From NCBI RefSeq assembly GCF_963921235.1, contig NC_086097.1, forward strand, positions 239,136,001 through 239,200,000: a stretch of DNA of 64,000 bases, given 5' to 3'. Position numbers and translations under genes: made by a program. The DNA is from Mobula hypostoma. Lineage: Eukaryota. How positions within the stretch are numbered: the first letter of the stretch is position 1; the number at the start of each line of letters is the position of its first letter. Shown here piece by piece: positions 1 through 13,269 of the stretch. The notes under the pieces are model-generated. The model was not told the DNA's origin, did no database searches, and saw nothing but the letters and a program-made list of their open reading frames with translations.

Positions 1-3
1 TGT

Positions 4-1863
4 ACGGACTGTAAAAGCTTTTATAGATATGTAAAAAGGAAAAGACTGATAAAGACAAATGTAGGTCCCCTGCAAACAGAAACAGGTGAATTGATTATGG
101 GGAGCAAGGACATGGCAGACCAATTGAATAATTACTTTGGTTCTGTCTTCACTAAGGAGGACATAAATAATCTTCCAGAAATAGTAAGGGACAGAGGGTC
201 CAGTGAGATGGAGGAACTGAGCGAAATACATGTTAGTAGGGAAGTGGTGTTAGGTAAATTGAAGGGATTGAAGGCAGATAAATCCCCAGGGCCAGATGGT
301 CTGCATCCCAGAGTGCTTAAGGAAGTGGCCCAAGAAATAGTGGATGCATTAGTGATAATTTTTCAAAACTCGTTAGATTCTGGACTAGTTCCTGAGGATT
401 GGAGGGTGGCTAATGTAACCCCACTTTTTAAAAAAGGAGGGAGAGAGAAACCGGGGAATTATAGGCCGGTTAGCCTAACGTCGGTGGTGGGGAAACTGCT
501 GGAGTCAGTTATCAAGGATGTGATAACAGCACATTTGGAAAGCGGTGAAATGATCGGACAAAGTCAGCATGGATTTGTGAAAGGAAAATCATGTCTGACG
601 AATCTCATAGAATTTTTTGAGGATGTAACTAGTAGAGTGGATAGGGGAGAACCAGTGGATGTGGTATATTTGGATTTTCAAAAGGCTTTTGACAAGGTCC
701 CACATAGGAGATTAGTGTGCAAACTTAAAGCACACGGTATTGGGGGTAAGGTATTGGTGTGGGTGGAGAATTGGTTAGCAGACAGGAAGCAAAGAGTGGG
801 AATAAACGGGACCTTTTCAGAATGGCAGGCGGTGACTAGTGGGGTACCGCAAGGCTCAGTGCTGGGACCCCAGTTGTTTACAATATATATTAATGACTTG
901 GATGAGGGAATTAAATGCAGCATCTCCAAGTTTGCGGATGACACGAAGCTGGGTGGCAGTGTTAGCAGTGAGGAGGATGCTAAGAGGATGCAGGGTGACT
1001 TGGATAGGTTGGGTGAGTGGGCAAACTCATGGCAGATGCAATTTAATGTGGATAAATGTGAAGTTATCCACTTTGGTGGCAAAAATAGGAAAACAGATTA
1101 TTATCTGAATGGTGGCCGATTAGGAAAAGGGGAGGTGCAACGAGACCTGGGTGTCATTATACACCAGTCATTGAAAGTGGGCATGCAGGTACAGCAGGCG
1201 GTGAAAAAGGCGAACGGTATGCTGGCATTTATAGCGAGAGGATTCGAGTACAGGAGCAGGGAGGTACTACTGCAGTTGTACAAGGCCTTGGTGAGACCAC
1301 ACCTGGAGTATTGTGTGCAGTTTTGGTCCCCTAATCTGAGGAAAGACATCTTTGCCATAGAGGGAGTACAAAGAAGGTTCACCAGATTGATTCCTGGGAT
1401 GGCAGGTCTTTCATATGAAGAAAGACTGGATGAACTGGGCTTGTACTCGTTGGAATTTAGAAGATTGAGGGGGGATCTGATTGAAACGTATAAGATCCTA
1501 AAGGGATTGGACAGGCTAGATGCAGGAAGATTGTTCCCGATGTTGGGGAGGTCTAGAACGAGGGGTCACAGTTTGAGGATAGAGGGGAAGCCTTTTAGGA
1601 CCGAGGTTAGGAAAAACTTCTTCACACAGAGAGTGGTGAATCTGTGGAATTCTCTGCCACAGCAAACTGTTGAGGCCAGTTCATTAGCTATGTTTAAAAG
1701 GAAGTTAGATATGGCCCTTGTGGCTACAGGGGTCAGGGGGTATGGAGGGAAGGCTGGGTTCTGAGTTGGATGATCAGCCATGATCATAATAAATGGCGGT
1801 GCAGGCTCGAAGGGCCGAATGGCCTACTCCTGCACCTATTTTCTATGTTTCTATGTTTCTATA
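4..1863 (+). mobile_element. Young CR1 LINE, 3' portion (RT + C-terminus + 3'UTR)
   Basis: Open frame with CR1 RT motifs ([36 protein letters not shown]), followed by a (TTTCTATG)n tail at ~1840-1862. The match to the second copy begins at nt 4, so the 5' truncation may lie there. Confidence 0.95.
91..1764 (+). CDS. CR1 ORF2 reverse transcriptase fragment (no endonuclease domain in the window; frame open from nt 1)
   Basis: 557-aa uninterrupted frame in the ORF track, with FADD catalytic motif and a CR1-type C-terminus (TRGHSLRI...FFTQRVVNLWNSLP). Confidence 0.85.
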   Translation: MIMGSKDMADQLNNYFGSVFTKEDINNLPEIVRDRGSSEMEELSEIHVSREVVLGKLKGLKADKSPGPDGLHPRVLKEVAQEIVDALVIIFQNSLDSGLVPEDWRVANVTPLFKKGGREKPGNYRPVSLTSVVGKLLESVIKDVITAHLESGEMIGQSQHGFVKGKSCLTNLIEFFEDVTSRVDRGEPVDVVYLDFQKAFDKVPHRRLVCKLKAHGIGGKVLVWVENWLADRKQRVGINGTFSEWQAVTSGVPQGSVLGPQLFTIYINDLDEGIKCSISKFADDTKLGGSVSSEEDAKRMQGDLDRLGEWANSWQMQFNVDKCEVIHFGGKNRKTDYYLNGGRLGKGEVQRDLGVIIHQSLKVGMQVQQAVKKANGMLAFIARGFEYRSREVLLQLYKALVRPHLEYCVQFWSPNLRKDIFAIEGVQRRFTRLIPGMAGLSYEERLDELGLYSLEFRRLRGDLIETYKILKGLDRLDAGRLFPMLGRSRTRGHSLRIEGKPFRTEVRKNFFTQRVVNLWNSLPQQTVEASSLAMFKRKLDMALVATGVRGYGGKAGF

Positions 1864-2074
1864 ATATTGAGATATAACTGAAAGAAACCAGATGTGACAA
1901 GCTATAAATGTGTGCCTGTGCAGATTTTCTTATCTAAAAGTTTACTAAAACTTAAATGGTAAACCTTTAGGAAAAAAATAAATCACTGTATAAAGTGACT
2001 TCAAACTGGCTGAAGCTGAATTGATGCTACTCTTATGAAAATGTCAATTTTAGAAGGTGGATGAGAAAGTACTG

Positions 2075-3290
2075 AAGTTCACGAAATTGATACTGGGAAT
2101 GAAAGGGTTATCATACTTAAATTGTGCTTGTATTCTCAGAAGGCCTTCGACAAGGTGCTAAACATAAGGCTGCTTAACATGCTATGAGCCCAGGGTATTT
2201 CAGGAAAGAGTCCAGCATAAATAAAGCAGTGGTTGATTAACAGGAGGCAAAGAGTGGGAATAAAGGGAATCTCTTCTGGTTGGCTGCAGATGATGAGTAG
2301 TGTTCCACTGGAGTCTGTTGGAACTGATTCCTCTTATGTTTTATGCCAATGATGATGGAATTGATGGCTTTTTTGCAAAGCTTGCAGACGACATGAGAAA
2401 GAGGGAGGGGCATGTAGTTTTGAGGAAGTAAAGAGGCTACCAAAGGACTTATATTAGGAGAATGGGCAAAGAAGTGGCAGATGGAATACAGTGTCGGGAA
2501 GTGCACGGTCACGCTCTTTGATAGAAGAAATGAAAGGGTAGACTATTTCTTAAATGAAGAAAAAGTACTAAAATATGAGGTGCAAAGGGGCTTGGGAGTC
2601 CTTGTGCAGGATTCCCTAAAGGTTAATTTGCAGGTTGAGTCTGCAGTGAGGAAGGCAAATGCGATATTAGCATTCATTTCACGAGGACTATAATATAAAA
2701 ACAAGGATGCAATATTGAGACTTTATAAAGCACTAATGAGGCCTCACTTGGAGTACTGTGAGCAGTTTTGGGTCCTTTATCTTAGAAAGGATGTGCTGAA
2801 ACTGGACAGGGTTCAAAGGAGTTTCACAGAAATGATTCCGGGATTGAATGGCTTATCATATGCCAAGCGTCTGATGGCTCTGGGTCTGTATTCACTAGAA
2901 TGAGGGGTGACCTTATTGAAACCTATTGAACAGTGAAAGCCCTTGACAGAGTAGCTGTCGAGAGGATGTTTCCTATGGTGGGAGAGTCTACGACCAGAAG
3001 ACACAGCCTCAGAATTGAGGGATGTCCTTTTAGAACGGAAATGAGGAGGAATTTCTTTAGCCAGAGTGTGGAGAATCTATAGAATTCTTTGCCACAGGTA
3101 GCTGTGGAGGCCAAATCTTTATGGTAAGGATTGATACATTCTTGATTGGTCAGGGCATGAAGGGATACGGGGGAAAGGGAGGAGATTGGGGTTGAGAGGA
3201 AAAATGGATCTGCCATGATGAAATAGCAGAGTAGACTCAATGGAACAAATGGTCCATTTCTGCTCCTATATCTAATTATGTTCTTATGCT
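2075..3290 (+). mobile_element. Old degenerate CR1 3' portion
   Basis: Fragmented RT/C-terminal peptides (RLYKALMRPHLEYC) with many stops; the tail resembles TCTTATG. Confidence 0.85.
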
Positions 3291-3377
3291 TCAGGCTGAG
3301 ATACTCAAAGTTCTAAGTTCAAAGTAAATACAAACAGCTGAAGGAACCAGCATGTAAGCAGTATCTACAGAAAGAAG

Positions 3378-5170
3378 TAAACAAGTATGTGAAGAGCAAG
3401 AAGATAAGACATGAGGGAATAGGACAAATCAAGTGTGCCAGTGCAAAAGTGTGTATGAAAACAAAGGAGATAGCAGAGGTACTTAATGAATACTTTGCTT
3501 TAGTATCCACTACAGAAAAGGAACTTGGCGATTGTAGGGATGACTTACAGTGGACTGAAAAGCTTGAGCATGTAGATATTAATAAAGAGGATGTACTGGA
3601 GCTTTTGGAAAGCATCAAGTTGGATAAGTCACCAGGACTGGACGAGCTGTACCCCAGGCTACTGTGGGAGGCAAGGGAGGAGATAGCTAAGCCTCTGGTG
3701 ATGACCTTTGCATCACCAATGCGGGCAGGAGAGGTTCTGGAGGATTGGAGGGTTGCAGATGTTGTTCCCTTATTCAAGAAACAGAGTAGAGAGAGCCCAG
3801 GATATTATAAACCAGTGAGTCTTACTTCAGTGGTTGGTAAGTTGATGGAGAAGATCCAGAGTGATGGGACTTATGAACATGAGGCATAAGCTGATTAGGA
3901 ATAGTCAGCATGGCAGGTCGTGCCTTACGAGCCTGATTGAATTTTTTTGACGATGCGACTAAACACATTGATGAAAGTAGAGCAGTAGATGCAGTGTATA
4001 TGGATTTCAGCAAGGCAATTGATAAGGTACACCAAACAAGGCTTATTGAGAAAGTAAGGAGGCATGGAATCCAAGGGGATATTGCTTTGTGGATCTAGAA
4101 CTGGCTTACCCACAGAAGGCAAAGCCTGATTGTAGACGGGCCATATACTGCATGGAGGTTGGTGACCAATAGTGTGCCTCAGGAATCTGTCCCTGGACCC
4201 CTACTCTTCATGATTTTTATAAATGACCTGGACGAGGAAGTGAAGGGATGGGTTAGTAAATGTGCTTATGACACAAAGTTTAGAGATGTTGTAGATAGTG
4301 TGGAGGACTGTCAGAAGTTACAGCGGGACATTGATAGGATGCAAAACTGGGCTGAGAAGTGGCAGATGGAGTTCAACCCAGATAAGTGTGAAGTGGTTCA
4401 TTTTGGTAGGTCAAATATGATGGAAGAATATAGTATTAAGGATAAGTCTCTTAGCAGTGCGGAGGATCAGAGAGATCTTCGGGTCCAAGTCCATAGGACA
4501 CTCATAGCTGCTGCGCAGGTTGACTCTGTTGTTAAGATGGCATACGGTGTATTGGCCTTCATCAATCATGGGATTGAGTTTAGGAGCAGAGAGGTAATGT
4601 TGCAGTTATATTGGACCCTGGTCAGACCCCACTTGGAGCACTGTGTTCAGTTCTGGTCGCCTCACTACAGGAAGGATGTGGAAACCATAGAAAGGGTGCA
4701 GAAGAGATTTACAAGGATGTTGCCTGGATTGGGGAGCATGCTTTATGAAAAATAGGTTGAGTGAACTCGACCTTTTCTCCTTGGAGAGATGGAGGATGAA
4801 AAGTGACCTGATAGAACTGTATAAGATGATGGGAGGCATTGCTCGTATGGATAGTGAGAGGCTTTTCCCCAGGGCTGAAATGGCTAGCACGAGAGGGCAT
4901 AGTTTAAAGGTGCTTGGAAGTAGGTACAGAGGAGATGTCAGGAATAAATTTTTTACGCAGAGAGTGATGAGTGCGTAGAATGGGCTGTCGGCGATGGTCT
5001 TGGAGGTGGATACGATAGGGTCTTTTAAGAGTCTCCTGGAGAGGTACATGGAGCTTAGAAAAATAGAGGGCTATGGGTAACCCTAGGTAATTTCTAAAGT
5101 AAGTACATGTTTGGCACAGAATTGTGGGTCAAAGGGCCTATATTGTGCTGTAGGTTTTCTATTTTTCTTT
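3378..5170 (+). mobile_element. Degenerate CR1 (second subfamily), 5' truncated
   Basis: ORF fragments 3389-3889, 4159-4755 and 4745-4978 with CR1 RT motifs; TTTCTAT tail remnant. Confidence 0.9.
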
Positions 5171-5209
5171 GTAACAGTTGCCTGGGAGCACACCAATTCT
5201 TAAGGATCA

Positions 5210-5570
5210 AGGAACAAATTAATTCACCCAATACATTTATATCTATTTGGAATTTGCTGTGGTGTGTTGTTCAGGGCATGACTTGAAACAAAAATATAAC
5301 CACATTCCAACAATTACCAAGAGAAAAGAATTACATAAAAAATAAAGTCTTATGTTAAAGTACAAATAGGGAAAAAATATGTATTAATATAAAAATACCA
5401 GCATGTAGTTACAATGTAAACAATATTACAAACCATGTTTATGTTGCAGTGCAGTGACGGATGTAATAGAAAGGGTGGAGAGAGGCTCTACTTGAATAGT
5501 GATCAGGTTAGCTGCCTAGGGGAAGACATTGTTAAGACGGTGTGAAGCTTTTGCTTTAATAGCCCTATAG
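5210..5570 (-). mobile_element. Rex1/Babar-like LINE 3' end remnant
   Basis: Its reverse complement resembles the 3' end at 28990-29300. Confidence 0.55.
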
Positions 5571-6577
5571 CCACCCATCCACTCCTTGCTGCATCTGCAG
5601 AATAGTCTGCATTTCCCATGTTGGTCTCATTAGCCACCTCAGAACTCAGAAAAACAAGTGCGTAAGCAAGTTGCTCTGAATCATTATAGAGTGCCTAATA
5701 AACTAGAAAGTGGTTTCATTTTCCCCACCACTGGTGCATGGAGCTGCTGTGTGTTCCATTGACAGAATGCGCCTCAGATACCTCGATTACTCAGGTAGTG
5801 CCTTCCAAACCCATTGGTTTTTATGCAAAATTTGTCTTCTTTTGCACAATGCTTTTTTTGTTTATATTTTGTTTCTCATAAATGATTTTGTATTTCTTTA
5901 CTTCCCTGGAAATGCCTGCAAGAAAATGAATCTGAAGGTAGTATATGGTAATATACATGCACTTTGATGGTAAGTACTTATTTATTAATTTAGAACACTA
6001 ATTCACTCTAACTTTAATATCACATATCCCCTTCCCATGTGGTGAGGGTACAAAATACCGTACATGTTTATCATTCAGCATTCAGATCATTTCCCTCTGT
6101 TTCACTCAGGTCTACTGTACCACTTTCAAAATCAGCACTAGAGTGTGGAAAATATTTCACAAAATTGCATTACAAAGGGACTAATCTATTATTTTTATTG
6201 AAGATTAGGTTTATTTCTATGACTCTATGACATTACAATCTTTTTATTTATATACATTATTAATATTTGTAATATTTGTCTGTTGCATATTGATTGTTTG
6301 TTCATCTTTATGTATAGATTTTTCATAAATTCTATCGCATTTCTTTATTTACCCGTCGATGCCCACAAGAAAATGAATCTCAAGCTTAGTGCCTTGTGAC
6401 ATAATATGTACTTTGGTAATAAATGTACTTTGAAACTTCAACTTCGAACACTGTTGGATACTAATTCATAATCAGCATAAAGAAAATGAAGCCAAATTCA
6501 AATCCAGAGTGAATTTGGAATAACGTTGTGTTTAACATTATAGATTGTTGGAAAAAAAATCAATATATATTATATGT

Positions 6578-7100
6578 GATAGAATCATAGAGAAATATAG
6601 CACAGAAACATGATCTTCACCTGATATAGTCCCTGCCAAAACCATTTAAGCTGCCTACTTCCATCAGCCTGCACTGAGGCCATAGCCTCCCACACCCCTG
6701 CCATCAAATATTTCTTCAAATTTCTCTTAAAAGTTGAAATCGAGCTTGCATGCTCCAGTTGCATGGCACCTCATTCCACACTCTTACAACATTCTGAGTG
6801 AGGAAGCTTCCCCTCATGTTCCACTTAAATGTTTCACCTTTCACCCATAACCCATGACCACTAGTTGTAATCCCAGTCAGCCTCAGTGGAAAACCTCTGC
6901 ATTTACCTGATGTATACACCTCATAATTTTGTGTACCTCTATCAAATCTCCTCTCAATCTTCGAAGGTCCAAGGAATAAAGTCCTAACCCATTCAATACT
7001 GATACGTCAGGTCCTCCAGTCACGGCAACATTTTGTAAGTTTTCTTTGTACTCTTTCAACCTTACTTACATCTTTCCTGTAAGTAGATGACCAAAACTGC
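6578..7100 (-). mobile_element. CR1 3' fragment
   Basis: Minus-strand peptide GITTSGHGLWVKGETF...QNVVRVWNE. Confidence 0.8.
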
Positions 7101-7382
7101 GAATTAGGAATGTTCCTCTAAATTGGCAATTCAAATCCCTGTAACTCCAGAACATGGATGGATGGAATTAATTCATCAAGGTAATTGTTTTCACTGACAC
7201 CTCCCAAAATACATTAGTTGCTGTCAATTTTCTGGCTCGAAGTTACTAAGCCAACAGGTAATATGTTGATTTATAACTAAATTTAATTGTATAATCTTAT
7301 CAATTTGGTGAAAAATTCTTACATTGCGCCAAACTTTTGTAAATTGCTCTGGTGTAACTTAACAAAAAAGGGTGAGTTATTG

Positions 7383-7850
7383 ATAGAATCATAGAGAACT
7401 ACAGTGCAGAATCAAGACCTTTGACCCATCTACTCCATACCAAACTACTATTCCACACCTAAACCATAGAACCCCATACCCTTCCTATCCATGTACCTAA
7501 GCAAACCTTTCTAAGTGTTGAAATTAAACCTACTTCTATTGGCAGCCTCATTCCACACTTGCACCATTCTCCTAGTGAAGAAATTCCCCTCATGTTCCCC
7601 TTAAACATTTTACCTTTCACCTCTAACCCGTGACCTTTAGGTCTAGTCTCACCCAACTTCAGTGGAAAAAGCCTGCTTGCATTTATCGCATCAGTACCCT
7701 TCATAATTCAATGTACTTCTGTCGAATCTCTCCCAATTCTCCTTGGCTCCAGGGAATAAAGTCTTAACCTATTCAATCTTTCTCTATAATTCAGGCCCTC
7801 AAATTCCAGCAACGTCCTTGCAGATTTTCTCTGCATCCTTTCAATCCCAT
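7383..7850 (-). mobile_element. CR1 3' fragment
   Basis: Minus-strand peptide RLFPLKLGETRPKGHGLEVKG. Confidence 0.8.
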
Positions 7851-8582
7851 TGTTGCTGGGTTGGTAGTCATGTCACAGAGAATAGGTTGCAAGTCAATAA
7901 ATAGAGGAATGGGTGAGTGCTATGTGAGTTCATACAGACTCAGTGGGCCAAAAGACTTACATCTGTGTCATTAGAAAATGTGAGAAATGTTCTCTGCTGC
8001 ATCGGTTGTTTAAAATGACAACTCTTCATGTCTGCATTAGAAGACATTCAAGTTCCATGGTTTGCAACATTTCCCAACAATAGTTAACAATTTATGACAA
8101 AAGACATATTAAAAAGATATTTTATGTTGATTATATATATACATATTAATGAGAAAAACACAGTAAACATTTTGATGAATTTCAAATCTGATTTATGGAA
8201 ATGCCTTAGCAGGCAATTGTGACATTTCCTAACTTGCTGTTTTTTATAATGACAGTTTCATCAATCTCCTGGAAACGTACAGAGACTTATTGTTTTTTAT
8301 TCCTCTGAAAATAATGTGTGGTTATTAAAATATAATTAGATTAGCAGTCATTTGATCAGAATGCACAGAAAGTGCTTACTTTCAAGGCAATGATTGAATC
8401 AACTTCAATAAAGCTGCTGTACAGCTAAGGAATTTAAATAACAAACAGTGGTGATGTTTACAATCCTCAGGAAGCAGATGACCTCTGCTGCAAGCTCATG
8501 AACATTATTATTTTCCATCTGGATTGTTTAATAACTTGAAGAATGTTTTTAACCTTCTAAGTATGGTTCCATATTTTCATAA

Positions 8583-8690
8583 GCACAAGAGATTCTGAGG
8601 ATGCTGGATGAAGGGCCTCAGTCTGAAATGGCAACTCTTTATTCCTGTCCATAGATAGTGCCTAACCCGTTGAGTTCCTCCAGCAACACG
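8583..8690. mobile_element. PLE-derived terminal fragment with decayed HHR
   Basis: GATGAAGGGCCTCAGTCTGAAA followed by the CCATAGAT...GAGTTCCTCCAGCA tail; the short left arm is inverted. Confidence 0.6.
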
Positions 8691-9229
8691 GGAGACTGAA
8701 ACATTGAGACAACAAGCAGTGTGCGCTGCTGTCGGAAGAGGGCCCAGTATGCGAGCAACCCCCTCTCTCTTTTTGATGGTGAGTGAGAGGCTATCGGCCC
8801 TTGAGTCCAGGTCTCACAGAAGCGATGCGAAAGAAGGTAACATCAAAGCAGCGAGCTGCTGGTCTCCCAATCTCGTTGCTGCAGGAGCGATTTCTCTCTC
8901 CCTCACTAGCGAGAGAGAACCTGTTTGAGATACTGAGTGTTGGGAGTTTTTGATGGACTCTAGATCAAGGTCTCCTTGGGGGCTATTGCTGTTGGTTGCA
9001 TGGTGGGGGGAGGAGATCTGTGTTTTTGTTGGTGCAAGTGAGGAGAGGGTCAACACTTTTGCTGTTGCTTGTGTTTGGGAGGGGTGCGGAGGCTTTGTGG
9101 TTATAATAGTTCTGTCATTCACTCTGTTTTTTATTGTGTTTTGAGGATGTCTGCGAAGAGTAAGAATTTCACATTGTTTACTGTATATATTCTCTGATAT
9201 TATATTGAATCTTTGAAACCATTTTGTGT

Positions 9230-10108
9230 CTTCCTCTATCTGTGCTAAACATTCCCTAATTCAATTTAAAGTTGTTCATAGAGCACATATGTCCAATGAT
9301 AAATTAGCTCATTTTTATTCTCATATTAATCCTTTTTGTGATAGATGTCCGGGGCAGATAGCTTCCTTAACTCATATGATTTGGTCTTGTCCTACTCTGG
9401 AAACTTTTTGGAGAGACATTTTTAATATTATCTCAAAGGTATTGAATATAGATATCTCTCCTCATCCTATTACTGCTATCTTTGGATTACCTAAAATTTC
9501 CAGTAATCTTTCCCCTTCAGCCCGTAGATTGATTGCATTTCTTACTTTAATGGCGAAAAGATGTATCTTACAACATAGGAAAGAGCTTAATGCTCCAACT
9601 ACCTTTTTTGGTTCTCCCAGACGATATTATGCTTAAATTTGGAGAAAATTAGAAGTAATCTTTATGATTCCTCATTTAAGTTTGAACAGACCTAGAGATC
9701 TTTTATTCAATATTTTCATTTAATGTAATTTTTTTTTTCTCTTTTGTTTCATATTTATATTCCTTTCTTGCTTTTTTTAAACTGTTTTTAATGGAGGTCG
9801 GGTTTGAGGACGTGATTTTAAGTTTTTTAGCTCTACCTGTTTCCAAGTTAGCCCATTGCTTTGCTTTGCTTTTAGTTTAGTTGCTCGGTGGGTTTTTTTG
9901 GGTTTTTTTTTCCTTTTCTCTATTGATATATATATATATAAAATTAGTATACTATTATTTTACCTTATTATTTCATGTTTAAATTGCACTGTTTGTATCA
10001 ATTTTTTTCAGTATTATTATCTCCTGTAATTTCTAACAGTGTATTAGTGCTTATATGGTTTACCTTTTGTATACTTATTTAATAAAAAGATTTAAAAAGA
10101 AAGAAAAA
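9230..10108 (+). mobile_element. 5'-truncated L1-clade LINE (ORF2 C-terminal Cys/His knuckle, 3'UTR, A-rich tail)
   Basis: Peptide CDRCPGQIASLTHMIWSC; AATAAA plus A-rich tail; perfect 15-bp TSD GAAACCATTTTGTGT at 9215-9229 and 10109-10123. Confidence 0.92.
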
Positions 10109-10264
10109 GAAACCATTTTGTGTGTGTATTTTCATATTATCAATTGCCTTCCAAGCGACATTATTATGAATGGATGAAATTGATCAACAAGGAAGTTAAT
10201 AACCTCGGTGTTGATTTACTTTGGAAGTTTATGCTGAAGTTATTTACTGAGTTGATTTTAGCTT

Positions 10265-10418
10265 GGAACACACACACAAAATACTGGAGGAACTCAGCAG
10301 GTCAGGTAGCATCTAAGAAAATGAATGGACAGTTGATATTTCAAGCCGAATCCCTTCATCAGGATTGGAAAGGAAGGGGGAAAAAGGATTTCCAGCATCT
10401 GCATGATCTCTAGTGTTT
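10265..10418 (-). mobile_element. PLE-derived terminal fragment with decayed HHR
   Basis: Minus strand reads CCTGATGAAGGGATTCGGCTTGAAATATCAACTG followed by the family tail. Confidence 0.7.
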
Positions 10419-10496
10419 ATAATTTAAGCATATACTGTAGTAGGCTTCCAAACATGGAAAACAGACATTCAATCCATTGTGTCTGTATGCCAGTTT

Positions 10497-11122
10497 GAAT
10501 CAGAATCAGAATCAGGTTTATTATTGTGATGTGAAATTTGTTAACTTAGCAAGCAGCAGCAATTCAATGGAATGCAGAGAAAAAAAATAATAGTAATAAA
10601 TAAACAAGTAAATCAATTACGTATATTGAATAGATTATTTAAAAAAACATGCAAGAACAGAAATACTGTATATTTTTTTAAAAGTGAGGTACTGTCTAAA
10701 GCTTCAATGTCCATTTAGGAACCGGATCTCAGAGGGGAAGAAGCTGTTCCTGAATCGCTGAGTGTGTGTCTTCAGGCTTCTGTACCTCCTCCCAGATGGT
10801 AACGGTGAGAAAAGGGCATGCCCTGGGTGCTGAAGGTCCTTAATAATGGATGCTCCCTTTCTGAGACACCACTCCCTGAAGATGTCCTGGGTACTTTGTA
10901 GGCTAGTACCCAAGATGGAGCTGACTAGATTTACAACCTTCTGCAGCTTCTTTCAGTCCTGTGCAGTAGCCCCTCCATACTAGACAGTGATGCAGCCTGT
11001 CAGAATCCTCTACATGGTATAACTATAGACGTTTTTGAGTGTATTTGTTGACATGCCAAATCTCTTCAAACTCCTATAACCGCGGTCTTGCCTTCTTTAT
11101 AACTACATCGATATGTTGGGAT
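10497..11122 (-). mobile_element. Rex1/Babar LINE 3' end
   Basis: Peptide HPGHALFSPLPSGRRYRSLKTHTQRFRNSFFP; (GATTCT)n tail. Confidence 0.85.
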
Positions 11123-11589
11123 ATCCATGGTAATCATGGCTCATAACACCATGGTTAGGTAAACTTGGAATATTGTGTTCAATCCTGGTCACCTAATTAT
11201 TAACACCATAAGACCATGGTTTTACAGGAAAAATTAGGCCATTTAGCCCATTGAGTCTGCTCTACCATTTCATCATGGCTATTCTATTTTCCCTCTCAGC
11301 CCCAATCTCCAGCTAATCAGAATGAAACCATCACATTTTTTGGAAATCATTTTTTAAAGTTATACTATGAATAAAATGTTCTGTGGAAAGATCACCTGCC
11401 TGACGCAGTAACACAGTCTCTCTTTCCACCGTTGTCTCCTGAATAGTTACTGTCTTTCCTTTTCTGGTCCAGTTATCTGATCCATTCACCCCATTTAACC
11501 TGAAGACTAGACTTGGTCTAAAATCCTTTTTGACAATGTAGAAGATTGACAACCTATTCAACATAAAACACCAACAGACAATTCATTGA

Positions 11590-13065
11590 GATTCAATTTT
11601 GACTTCCTATTCCCATATGTTGGTCCATAGCCTCCTCTACAGTCCCAAAGAGTCCATACCCAAGCTATAAGAGCTAAACTTCTTTATTCCATGTGGGTAA
11701 TGTCCAACCTGATGGCATTGACATTGATTTCTCTAACTTCCAGTAATTTCTTCCCCCTCCCTTCTCTCTTTTTCCATTGTGGCTCTCCCTCTTATACCTC
11801 CTCGTCGCTTACCTATAGCATCTCTCTGGTTTCCCTACTCCTTCCCTTTCTTCCATCATCTACTGTGCCCTCTGTTACGAGAATACACATAAAATTAAGA
11901 TGTTTGCTGGCCTGGGCTAGCATCAGTGGCATCAGCAGTTGGTCTGCCACCTGCCCTCAGGGGGAGGAGAGATAAGGAACAATGGAGCAGCGTCTGGAGA
12001 TGTGTAATGAAGGGATGTGGGAGGAAGAGCTGTCTGGAGCGGCTCCCCCCTTTGAACCCTGAACTGTTTGAAGTGATGGACAGGCGATACCCCAGCAGGG
12101 GGATAAAAAGGGACAGGTTCGCTAAGACAGACACACACGCCACCCGAGGTAACGAGACCCTGGAAGCGGTGCGCCTCTCACGAGTGGTGAGAAGTATCGG
12201 ACAACGCACAGGGTGGAAGGTACGATCAGCGGGAACCCGGTGTGTGTCCGCCCTTGCCTGGGTGCCGGGTTCACTGCAGAGGATCGACCGCATCTGGAGG
12301 AGGGGTCACAGTCGGTGACCTCAGGTGACATCACCAAGGACCCGCCCAAAAGCTGTTTGTGAACCATCTCGCTGGTCTGTGAGCCATCTTGCTGGTCTGT
12401 GAGTGAAGCCGTTCTGAATGATGAGTTGTTCCTATTCTATCTCTCTCTTCCCCCACGTTGTCCACCGCCATGGCAACGATTACTGCGAACTGAACTACTA
12501 AACTGGACTGAACTTTGAGTCATTTTGAAATTGGTCATTTACCCCTAGACAACGATAGAGCTTGATTGATGCTGTTATCTTAATTCTGTGCACATGTGTG
12601 TTTATCATCACTGAACTGTTGCATTTATTATCCTTTCGATTACTGTGTTGCTTGTTTCTGTAATAAAACTTTCTTAGTTCTAGTACTCCAGACTCCAACT
12701 GAGTGATCCATTTCTGCTGGTTTGGCAACCCAGTTACGGGGTACGTAACACCTCCAATAAGATTTTTTCTTCCTCAGCCCTTTAATTGTTCCACCAATCA
12801 CCTCCCAGATTCTCAATTCAACCCCCCTCCCCACACTTAACCTGCTCCCTCATTTATCAGCTGTCAGCTTGTACTCCTTCCCCCTTCCACACCTTTTTTT
12901 ATTTTGGCTTCTTCCACCCTTCCTTTCCAATTCTGATGAAGGGTCTTAGCCCAAAACATCAACCATTCACTTCCCTTCCTGGATGCTACCTGACCTGCTG
13001 TGTTCCTCCAGCGTTTTGTGTGTGTTGCTCCGGATTTCCTGCATCTGCAGAATCTCTCGAGTACT
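11590..13065 (+). mobile_element. Penelope-like element 3' end, split by a solo LTR
   Basis: Decayed GIY-YIG C-terminus (QPDGIDIDFSNFQ*), CT-rich UTR, decayed HHR near 12933 and the family tail. Confidence 0.8.
11873..12750 (+). mobile_element. Solo LTR (878 bp), Gypsy-like by TSD length
   Basis: TGTTACG...CGTAACA termini; 4-bp TSD CCTC; AATAAA at 12662; CpG-rich. Confidence 0.9.
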
Positions 13066-13269
13066 TTGACCTGGAGTGTTAACTCTTACTTCGCAACCTC
13101 CCAGCTCCTTCTGAGTAGCTCCACCACTTTCTATCATCATTTTAAAGGTAACTTACACTGTTAAAATGCTAAAGAGATAAAAGAGCAACCTTACTCAAAA
13201 CTTTGTTCACAGCTGGCTGAAGTTTTAAATAAGACTGCAAAACATAGGAGCAGCCATTGAGTCTATGTA

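Noticed and set aside
91..1764. RT as a prokaryotic retron, DGR or group II intron system
   Set aside because: The motifs, C-terminus and octamer tail are CR1, and the context is vertebrate repeat DNA.
678..1787. Antisense and alternative-frame ORFs repeated in both young CR1 copies
   Set aside because: They are shared only because the copies are about 99% identical; they are shadow frames of ORF2.
11895..12367. Overlapping 80-130 aa ORFs on both strands
   Set aside because: They lie inside a GC-rich solo LTR and show no protein motifs.
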